Shown here piece by piece: positions 53,382-64,000 of a DNA stretch of 64,000 nucleotides. This DNA comes from Eledone cirrhosa (taxonomy: Eukaryota). The position numbers were made by a program, and so were the translations under genes. The DNA is taken from contig OZ024741.1 in NCBI GenBank assembly GCA_964016885.1, positions 138,198,001 through 138,262,000 of the forward strand. The letters run 5' to 3'. Numbering within the stretch: position 1 is the first letter of the stretch; each line of letters begins with the position of its first letter. The notes below the pieces were generated by a model. It saw nothing but the letters and a program-made list of their open reading frames with translations, did no database searches and was not told where the DNA came from.

Positions 53382-53793
53382 CCTTCGACCGCCCTGTCCC
53401 CCCCACACACAGATATCACCCACTAACACCACTAACACACTCCTCCTGTTCACCACCCACCCGCTTGTCCCACCCCACAACTAACAATACTAACACCCCA
53501 CCCCACCCCGACTACCCTCCCCAACTAACAATACTAACATCCCCACCCTCCCCCTATCACGCACACACCCGCCTGTACATATTTACACGCACTCACACTA
53601 TCCACACACCCTACTACCACCACTAACCCTCACCCACACACCACTCCAACCACCCCACAACTAATACCACTAACATCCCCCCGACACCGCGCACACGAAC
53701 ACACACACCCATCCACACCCACTTACACCACCCACTCTACATTTATCACGAAAGTTTCTGTCCAACCATATATATGCATATACACACACACAT

Positions 53794-53831
<38 letters not shown>

Positions 53832-53855
53832 GTACGCATATATATATGTTCTGTG

Positions 53856-53886
<31 letters not shown>

Positions 53887-54450
53887 ATGTGTGTGTATGC
53901 TTATATATCATGCATAAATATGTAGAATGTATACAAATACATTACAGACTAGCTAGATACATATTGCATGATACGTTTTCGTAGGTGAGTATGTAATAGT
54001 AAACTCTCAGGAAAATGAGATACAATATTCATACAAAATGAGATTATAATTTTCCCGGAGAAGAATTAATGTGTTACTATTTCGATAATCCTGGCGGTAC
54101 AGGTAGTGTTAGTATTAGGTTTCCATCGGATCCATTCCATGGCCATGTTCCCTTACCTACTGAGCTATGCGCACGGGCGCCTCGTATGGCAGGCATTTAA
54201 ACCTTGCCGTTGAGAATACAATCGATTTCTTCCTCGAAAAATAAATATGTAAGAAAGATATATAGTGGAAGAATCATCACCAGTATTGGACATCTACTTC
54301 GTTTATCGCCCTCGAAATGAGAAAATACACGGCTAAACTCGGTGGTATTTAAACCCTAAGCGCAAAGATCTTGGAGATTAACTCAAACTATGGAATTAGA
54401 AACTCTCGTGACTTTTCCCTAAAGTTGCTTATAAACCAATATTAATGAAA

Positions 54451-54635
54451 CGGTGGATTGGCAGTATCGGTAGAGAGTCGGACGCCATGCTTTCCAGCAT
54501 TGTTACGTCCCTTTACGATCTGAGTTCAAATCCCGCCGAGGTTGACTTTGCCTTTCATCCTTACAGGGTCGATAAAAATAAAGTACCAGTAATACACTGG
54601 GTGATTGCTGGCCTTGTGCCTAAAGTAGAAACAAT
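54451..54635 (+). mobile_element. tRNA-derived SINE
   Basis: A box, B box, core and tail as above. Confidence 0.88.
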
Positions 54636-56273
54636 TAATGAAACGTATACAGCTAATCTAATTATTTTGTACATTTAAGGCAATTTGTTTCAAATGAGTG
54701 CTGAAATTCCAGAGAAGTCCAGCGTTTAAAATACTTAATTGCAAGTGACGGCCGACATTATTCGACTTAATTTAGCTTCAATCATGCTGTGTTTTTATTA
54801 GGATGAATTGAATTAGAAACAATTTCATGGCTCTCTGCACTCGGCCATAGCAATATATACAGAGGTACATTAAGCCTTGGAAACGCTCATGTTCATTTTG
54901 TTTCCTAACTTGAGTATTAGCATTGCTAATGTATTAAACGACGAACTCCTGGAATAGAGAATTCTATGAAACAAGAGAAATATCATTATAACCTAAATAT
55001 AGATGCTCTTCAACGGATGTGGAGTTAGAAAATCTATTCGTTCCAGCACTTTATCTCTTAGATCACAACATGACTACTGACACATTTGACATCGAACGAA
55101 TATTGTTTTCATTTTACTTTATATATTTCTTCATTCTCATCCACAAAGTATACATTTTAGTAGTTTCAGTTTATATAAATAGTGAGGGATGTTTATGTAA
55201 ATAAAACCGAAGTAATATTTCCTAATTTGTAGAAAATATAGAGCACCAAGTTAGTGGAACCAACTTTACTATACTTGATCCGAGGATAGAATAAGTTCTT
55301 TGTCGAAATACTGGAAATATCTACGAAATATCCCTTACATAAAATATAGCATTCGTAAGGATGGAAAGACACATTTGGTAATATTGACCTACATAGAGCT
55401 GAAAAGAGAGAAGGATCAAGATTAATCTTAAGTTTTCTGATTTAAAATCCGCCTGGGGCTAAGCGATACCAGATTTCATCTTGATTACGACGCAAATCTA
55501 TAGCCGATGATGTTACGAACTCCCTCTGAGTATATTTATCTTTAAAAAATGTGGGTTATGCAAGTTAGTAGAGGTCAGAATTATTTCTAATATATCCGCA
55601 GTGATTTTATTTCTAAACCAACGAAATTATTTTTAGTAAATACTTGAGAGATTCATGCTGCGATACTAATATAAGACAGATGTTCAATTCAGATAATGTA
55701 AATGTGCACTTCATATAAATTCAACACATATACTGAATAGACCACAAAACAATGTTAAATATATCGCTTGCCTAAGGGAAACTTCGTGTGTTCTGTTTTT
55801 CGCGGCTAGATGTCTACCAATCTGGAGACTATTGGATAAATAAATATCTCACATGATTTCCTATATACTCGTATAGACATATATCTAAAATGAATCGAAC
55901 TACTTGAATATAAATCAACAGGGGAGAAATGTACAAAAAGTATTTAAGAAAACTTGCTTTACACGTTTTGTTTTTTCTTTTTCTAGCTCTTGTGAGTTTA
56001 TGAACAGAAAGACACTTGAGATAAATTTTAGATTAGAATTGTATCTATTTCACTGTGATATTCCGATTTATATTGCATTCAATCTAAATTTGCATCACAA
56101 AGTAACAAACACTGACAATATTTCATTCATTTACTGGTGGCATATCACCTTCATTAAGTCGATGTTATCAGACTCTGTTTTTTCACGTTTAATATTCAAT
56201 TTAACGATCTCCTTTATATCGAGCAACGATGTCTCAGGATATACACTCACATCTATCACACACACAGACACAA

Positions 56274-56342
<69 letters not shown>

Positions 56343-56473
56343 GAGTGAGAGAGAGAATGAGTGAGTGCGTACCTTTGGCACACCGATTCCAGATATGTGA
56401 CCATTTGTGGAAGCTGGCCTCCAAGCGAGAATACCATCTGGACACACGCTCAGAGATTATTATTATCATTATT

Positions 56474-57572
56474 GGGCGGTGGATTGTTAGTATTGGTATA
56501 ACATCGGACATAATGCTTTGTGGCATATAGTTACGTCCCTTTAGGCTCTGAGTTCAAATCCCGCCGAGGTTACCTTTGCCTTTCATTGTTACAGGGCCAA
56601 TAAAAGAAAGCACGAGTAACGTACAGGAGTCGATTTAATCGACTTTCACCTCCCCCCCAAATGTCTATTTGTGCCTATACTAGAAATCATTATTATTGGG
56701 CGGTGGATTTGTAGCACCGGTAGAGCGTCGGACACAATGTTTTGCGGTATATAGTTACGTCCATTTAGGTTCTGAGTTCAAATCCAGCTGGGATCTATAA
56801 AATAAAGTACCAGTAACGCACTGGGGCGGATTTAATCGAATTTCCCTCCGCCCAAATTCTTGGCCTTGTGCCTAAATCAGAAACCATTGTGCGGTGGATT
56901 GGCAGTATCTGTAGAGGGTCGGACGCCATGCTTTGCGCCATAGAGTTTCGCCCCTTTATGATCTGAGTTCAAACCCCGCTGAGTTTAACTTTGCCTTTCA
57001 TCCTTACGGGTTCGATAAAATAAAGCACCAGTAAAGCTCTGGGGCAATTGCTGGCCTTGTTCCAAAAGTAGAAACAGTTATTCAGTAACGTACTGGGGTC
57101 GATTTAATCAACCCATCCTAAATTACTGGCCTTGCGTCTAAAGTAGAAACAATTATTATTATTATCATGCATGGACGTGATGTTGGATACCACAATGGTA
57201 ATAAAGCCTTTCAGCTTTCGTAAGATTGCTGATGCTCTGGTGACGAATAGTTTGTTTATGGTTATTGATGTGGATTGGCAGTATCGGTAGAGGGTCGGAC
57301 GCCATGCTTTGACGCATTGAGTTACGGCCCTTGCCATTCTGAGTTCAAATCCCGTCGAGGTTAACTTTGCCTTTCATCCTTACGGGGTCGATAAAATAAA
57401 GTACCAGTAATACACTGGATAATTGCTGACCTTGTGCCAAAAGTAGAAACAATTATTATTATTATCATACATGGACGTGATGTTGGTTACCACAATGGTA
57501 ATAAAGCCTTTCAGCTTTCGTAAGACTGCTGATGCTCTGGTGACGATTAGTTTGTTTATGGTTATTGATGTG
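56474..57572 (+). mobile_element. Head-to-tail cluster of four SINEs plus an extra tail, with a 300-bp-period duplication (57121-57272 / 57421-57572)
   Basis: Heads at ~56474, 56698, 56891, 57270; repeated catggacgtgatgttgg...gttattgatgtgg segment. Confidence 0.88.
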
Positions 57573-58089
57573 GTGATGATAATGTCAATCACGATCTAGA
57601 GAAGTAGCAGAGGCGAGGATGATGAGAATGATGATAATGGGAAAAATCTTGATCATGATAAGGAAGTGGAAGAAGAATTTCACACATAATCTTAATATGT
57701 TATTTGCTCATAAGCAAATATAGGAAAGTAACAATATCGTTGAAAGTGTGTAGGGATGAAACGTAAATAAAGGTAATGCCAACATTTAAAATATACTTCA
57801 GTTCTTGGCAGGGGTAGGGTTGTGGGGCATTTTTACGAAAATGGAATAAAAACAGTATTTATTTGTCTTTTTTCGAGAAAGTTTTTACGACTATAATGAA
57901 TAATAAATATTCTATTGCCGCCAGGTACATATATATTGAGGTTGAAAGTATGTAGAAAACTAGTTCTGTTCGAAAGAAAACAACAAAAATTATATATGTG
58001 ATTTCTTAATATTTGTTAATAGGGAAAGGTAAATGAAACATATTAGGAAATAGGGAAAAATATAACAAATTATATAAAAATAAAACGCT

Positions 58090-58133
<44 letters not shown>

Positions 58134-58143
58134 AACGAGTAGG

Positions 58144-58240
58144 ACCCCGACGGCTGAGCTCAAGCCGTTTCGACGGCTAATTCTGGACTAAATGAACATT
58201 TTTATCCTGGTATTAGATATAGCCGAGCTTCTCAAGGGGT
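58144..58240 (-). ncRNA. Type I hammerhead, U3:A8 core variant, abutting (TA)n
   Basis: acccc-TTGAGAA-gctcggcta/tagccgtc-GAAA-cggct-tgagctc-agcc-GTC-ggggt; family homology extends to ~58352. Confidence 0.72.
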
Positions 58241-59180
58241 AATTCCATATATGGTAAAAGTGATTGTCACAAGGATTGGTCAAAAGTTTGTTGTTGAGAC
58301 ATAATAATTCTATGATGGCAATTTGTGGAGGGAAGGGGTAGCTGAACCTGCCAGTAGGAGAAAGCGGGAGAGGGGGGTGGAGGAGACCCAGTCATGCGTT
58401 GATAGTGCCGACTACAGCTGGGCATGAGGTCAAAGAAGATACTAGGGAGGGGGAGGGGGAGGAAGTCGAAACAATAAGTAAAACAATATGGGGTAAAAAT
58501 ATAGAAAAATACCGAGAGTGTTAAAAAGCAATTAAATGTAAAAAAAAAAAAAACAATTTCTGGTTACTACGACCTAATGCGTAAGGGGGTGTAACTAGCT
58601 GATTCTCATGACTAAATTCATTGTTCTAACATACCTTATATGGTGCCTCAATTGAGTCTCTTATATAAAAGGTTATATATTTATATTTAATTTTAAATAC
58701 AGTTTTCTCTATCATAATGTATTAAAGGTATCTATAGGAAGTTGATTACTCCTTATTATATAGTGCTATAATTGAATTTCCCTCACAAAGTGCTATATAT
58801 TTATATCAAAATTCACTGTAAATACAGTCTACTCTCAAAACATAGCAAAGGACCAATTAGAATTTTGTCTACATAACCTTTGGTAAGCTATGGAGCAGCG
58901 TATGGCTGTCTGCATGATACAATCAAATAAATCTCTTGGGTAGACAAATACATCCCTCATTTACAATGTCATTAATCCATCCACTAAGTTATACATGCAT
59001 ATATAATTCATATATAATTCATTGCACCACCCTACATATAAGTTAGACAGATCTCTTATGTTAATAAATTAATCCTATATATATCTAATGTTATTACTCT
59101 ATACATTTAATTACAGATGCATATATAATTCATTGTTGTATCTAGTATCTAAAGTTTATATAGACTGTATATAATTCATC

Positions 59181-59473
59181 TGGGTTGCAGGTGTTATATC
59201 AGAGTTTTCCTTCTCCTAGAATTCTGCCTTGACAAAGGCTAAAGGGTCATCTCTCGGGGATGATTTTGGATGGCCATTGACTCTTAAGAGCTCCTTTGCA
59301 CTTTGACAGGTTTTGTGTTTAGTCCTACAGGATGTCCAAAGTCACCCTCCTCACCAAGAAACCTTGGTGGGGTTGCCAGTTTAGTCGCCAACGACCCGAC
59401 CATGAGAGAGGTTGTACTGGGATACATGTTACCAGTAGCACCAACTGGTGACCTGACATAATATGCACATAAA

Positions 59474-59561
<88 letters not shown>

Positions 59562-60218
59562 TATTTATGTGCATACATGTATATGTATGTATATATATCA
59601 GGTCACCAGTTGGTGCTACTGGTAACATGTATCCAAGTACAACCTGTCTCATGGTCGTGTCGTTGGCGACTAAACTGGCAACCCCACCAAGGTTTCTAGG
59701 CGAGGATGGTGACTTTGGACATCCTGCAGGACTAAAAACAAAACCTGTCAAAGGGCAAAGGGGCTCTTAAGAGTCAATGACGATCCAAAATCACCGGGAG
59801 AGATGACCACTTAGCCTTTGTCAAGGCAGAATTCTAGGAGAAGGAAAACTCTGATATAACACCTGCAACCCTGATGGTATCCAATGATGTTGACTTGTTC
59901 TTCTTTTTGGTAAATATCATCTTGGTTAAGAGAGTGGGACTGGCTTTGTGCAGTGCCTTTGCTCACTATAAAAGCTTCACAGCACAGGCGTTGCTTTATA
60001 TCTGGAGATCTCTCTGCACTTGTCGTCACATGGTGCCAGCACTGTGTGTCAATGATTGTCACATGTGTAGTGTTTGTACCAGAGTTTTCAAATCGCTGGC
60101 TGGACCAAAAAGTCACACTTGTTTAGCGCATCGTTAGGGGTTCTCCTACATGGATATAAAGTAGTGGACGTACTCGAAAACGAGTTGGCAACCACCATAT
60201 ATATGTATATATACACAG

Positions 60219-60307
<89 letters not shown>

Positions 60308-60948
60308 CACACACCCGTATATATATACATAGATCTATATGGTGGCTGCCAACTCGTTTTCGAGTATGGCCACTACTTTATATCCATGTAGGAGAACCCC
60401 TACCAATGCGCTGAACGAGTGTGACTTTTTAGTCCAGCCAGCGACATGAAAACTCTGGTACAAACACTACACTTGTGACAATTATTGACACATAGTGCTG
60501 GGCCCATGGTACCATGTGACGACAAGTGCAGAGAGATCTCCAGATATAAAGCAATGCCTGTGCTGTGAAGCTTTTATAGTGAGCAAAGGCACTGCACAAA
60601 GCCAGTCCCACTCTCTTAACCAAGATGATATTTACCAAAAAGAAGAACAATTCAACATCATTGGATGCCATCAGGGTTGCAGGTGTTATATCAGAGTTTT
60701 CCTTCTCCTAGAATTCTGCCTTGACAAAGGCTAAGGGGTCATCTCTCCCTGTGATTTTGGATGGCCATTGACTCTTAAGAGCTCCTTTGCCCTTTGACAG
60801 GTTTTGTTTTTAGTCCTGCAGGATGTCCAAAGTCACCCTCCTCACCAAGAAACCTTGGTGGGGTTGCCAGTTTAGTCGCCAACGACCCGACCATGAGACA
60901 GGTTGTACTGGGATACATGTTACCAGTAGCACCAACTGGTGACCTGAC
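59181..60948. mobile_element. Three copies of a ~610-bp non-coding element in alternating orientation, separated by (TA)n
   Basis: A (59181-59458), reverse-complement A'B' (59598-60198), BA (60339-60948); contains ctaggagaaggaaaactctga, recalled from RTE-type 5' UTRs. Confidence 0.85.
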
Positions 60949-60954
60949 ACATAG

Positions 60955-61308
60955 ATCTATCTATATATATATAAACATACATGCATAGATATATATGAAT
61001 ATATATGTGTGCTTACATATGTATATATATATATACATATATATATTTATACATGTACATGTATATATATATATACATGTATATATATACATACATGTAT
61101 ATATACATATATATATACATGTATATATATATATATATATATGTATACATGTATATATATACATATATACATATATACATATATGTATATATATACATGT
61201 ATACATATATATATATACATGTATATATATATATATATGGATATACATATACATGTGTATATATATACATGTATATATATACATATACATGTATATATAT
61301 ATATATGT

Positions 61309-61380
<72 letters not shown>
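60955..61380. repeat. Complex (TA)n/(TACATG) low-complexity tract
   Basis: Direct inspection. Confidence 0.95.
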
Positions 61381-61382
<2 letters not shown>

Positions 61383-61510
61383 AAAGTTATATTTAAAATT
61401 GTTGGGTTACAACTAGTAAATATTTATAACTGATATAAAAGCACTCGACAAATATTTGGAGTATATTTACAATATTAAATAAATGGAAACTATATTTATA
61501 AAACCATATT

Positions 61511-61576
61511 TATTTCATTATATATATTTCAGGGATATCATATTAACAATATGCTATGCCTTCCTCAGACAAAATA
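61511..61576 (-). ncRNA. Type I hammerhead at 3' end of a PLE
   Basis: tattttgt-CTGAGGA-aggcatagcatatt-gtt-aatatgatatccct-GAAA-tatata-TA-atgaaata. Confidence 0.75.
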
Positions 61577-61736
61577 CAATATAAACAGTTTTATAGATAA
61601 ATAGATTCGACATACCGTAACAACATCAACTTGCATTTGAAGAGGTTGATTTGGCAGTGAAAAAATTGTACACAGAGAGAAAGAAAGAGAGAAAAAAGAA
61701 AGAAAGACAGAAAACGAAGAAAAGGAAGAAAAAGAA

Positions 61737-64000
61737 GAAATGCATTGAACAAAATAGAGAGATGGAAAGATAGATAAAGAGAAGAACTTCATGTAAAGAA
61801 ACAGAAAGAGATATATATATATAGAGAGAGAGGAAATAGAGATAGATACATATATATATAGAAAATTAGGTAGTGGGAGGTCTGTTGAGTAAATGTATCA
61901 ATGATACATTTATTTATTTATTTATTTATTTAGCTCTAGTATTAATGTAAGGGAGATATATATAGAGAGAAAAAAATATAGAGAGAGAAAAAATATAGCG
62001 AGAGAAAAAATTTAAAAATAACCAGATATATGCGAGGCGTTAAAACCCTATGTTTTAACGTAGAGGTATTAGTATTTATAAAACATCCACTATATTGTAA
62101 ATATCAGTATTCCTGAATGAGACAAGTATCCATAGTGTGTGAAAATTAATGATCTTAAGTTTAGTTTTTAAAAAAAAATTCATATGTTTATGTGATAGCT
62201 ACAAACATCCATGTGAATCTACATGATCAACTCTGCAAACCCTAAGTTCACGGAAAACATTCTCAATGTGGTATAAAAATTTGAGTATACATATATGTGT
62301 ATTATTATTCCTGTCTTTACTCTACAAGATTATCTATCAAGCAGAAATAGAGAGCAGATTTCAATATACTAATAAAAATATATATCAGAAACAAAACTAA
62401 ACAATAACAATAATAATAATAAGTAATAATAAAATAGAAAACTAAAAAAATAAAAAAATATTACGAAAGAATATTACATATTAAAAATATCACATATTAA
62501 AAAATTTACATATTAAAAATATTAAAAATAAAAATATTAGAGAATACTACAATAATAAAAAATAAAAATAAACCACAAAGATCAACCCTTCAAAATTAAT
62601 TGACAATATATTGCCAAGTTCATTATAAGCATCAGAGTCGAAAAACAGATAAAGCCAAAAATTATCTATCAAATCACATCTAGCAAAGATCATTTCAAAA
62701 AGTTTAGGATGCCCAATTTGGTCTACATGTGTTCTTATATTTAATATAGAAGTTTATCTAGTGTAACGTTTATTCGAAATATTTGGAGCATCAGCTTTTA
62801 GGGTAGCTTAATTTTTCATGAGGAATGTTTAAATAAAAATAAAATAAAAATAAAAAATAAAAAAAGAATAAAAAGAAGGAATCAAAGATTTATCGGCTAG
62901 TTTCCCATATAAATATAAATCAAACTAAATATACTACATTTTAAATTTAAATTTATATTTAAACGTTGAGTTTAATCTATGTTTGCAACAACTGAATAAA
63001 TTTGTCCGTAGATTAAGGGAATTTTTAGATTTTAGTATAAAGAATATCTCCTCTGCGCAGAGGTCACATGTCTCAGAGGATGAATTAAAAGGAATCCCCA
63101 TTGAGACTATATTCCAAGCCGTCGAATATCTAACGTTATCTAGCTTAAGTTGCCAGAGTACGCCTGATAGCGCCGTTGAAGATTTTTTGCTTGGATCTGT
63201 GAAAGAATTCTTGTGGTTTTCTAATATTTTTATTTTTAATATTTTTAATATGTAATATTTTTAATATGTAATATTCTTTCGTAATATTTTTTTAGTTTTC
63301 TATTTTATTATTACTTATTATTATTATTGTTATTGTTTAGTTTTGTTTCTGATATATATTTTTATTAGTATATTGAAATCTGCTCTCTATTTCTGCTTGA
63401 TAGATAATCTTGTAGAGTAAAGACAGGAATAATAATACACATATATGTATACTCAAATTTTTATACCACATTGAGAATGTTTTCCGTGAACTTAGGGTTT
63501 GCAGAGTTGATCATGTAGATTCACATGGATGTTTGTAGTTATCACATAAACATATGAATTTTTTTTTAAAAACTAAACATAAGATCATTAATTTTCACAC
63601 ACTATGGATACTTGTCTCATTCAGGAATACTGATATTTACAATATAGTGGATGTTTTATAAATACTAATACCTCTACGTTAAAACATAGGGTTTTTACGC
63701 CTCGCATATATCTGGTTATTTTTAAATTTTTTCTCTCGCTATATTTTTTCTCTCTCTATATTTTTTTCTCTATATATATATCTCCCTTACATTAATACTA
63801 GAGCTAAATAAATAAATAAATAAATAAATGTATCATTGATACATTTACTCAACAGACCTCCCACTACCTAATTTTCTATATATATATGTATCTATCTCTA
63901 TTTCCTCTCTCTCTATATATATATATCTCTTTCTGTTTCTTTACATGAAGTTCTTCTCTTTATCTATCTTTCCATCTCTCTATTTTGTTCAATGCATTTC
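61737..64000. repeat. Large inverted repeat, arms 61737-62541 and 63220-64000 (continues past window), ~680-bp spacer
   Basis: Window end ttgttcaatgcatttc is the reverse complement of 61737; arms nearly identical with a few substitutions/indels. Confidence 0.95.
62934..63218 (-). pseudogene. Penelope-like GIY-YIG endonuclease C-terminus, 5'-truncated at the inverted arm
   Basis: Frame not in track: NHKNSFTDPSKKSSTALSGVLWQLKLDNVRYSTAWNIVSMGIPFNSSSETCDLCAEEIFFILKSKNSLNLRTNLFSCCKHR. Confidence 0.88.

Noticed and set aside
52874-53626. 250-aa Pro/His-rich ORF
   Set aside because: Off-frame reading of the GIY-YIG fragment, TA tract and C-rich 3' UTR
39201-57450. SINE heads as functional tRNA genes
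   Set aside because: A/B boxes present but no complete cloverleaf, and they continue into a shared SINE core and tail
59598-59690. HDV-like ribozyme (P2 ccagt/actgg, P3 acc/ggt, CTAA junction)
   Set aside because: Could not find a P1 helix in the required position by eye; left uncalled pending a covariance-model search
62983-63255. 90-aa plus-strand ORF as a host exon
   Set aside because: Antisense shadow of the minus-strand PLE endonuclease fragment

Overview
AT-rich, microsatellite-dense animal genomic DNA with no recognisable host exon. The tRNA-headed SINEs with a Nin/Deu-like core, Dong/R4 LINEs and very abundant (TA)n suggest an octopus/coleoid cephalopod (inference). Most ORFs in the track are translated microsatellites. 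Real coding content is all decayed transposon: four Tx1/L1-clade LINE pieces (one near full length), three Dong/R4 pieces, a 5'-inverted RTE LINE, a Chapaev3-like transposase and at least four Penelope-like element (PLE) fragments (RT and GIY-YIG endonuclease), several missing from the ORF track. The hidden layer is RNA structure. About 20 type I hammerhead ribozyme motifs from roughly ten unrelated sequence families sit next to (TA)n tracts, often inside long fold-back palindromes. The highlights are a ~500-bp non-coding tandem array with one hammerhead per unit (retrozyme-like, predicted ~500-nt monomer/circular RNAs) ending in an inverted copy, and a dispersed family with a U3:A8 variant catalytic core. 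All folds were paired by eye and no activity can be shown from sequence alone.
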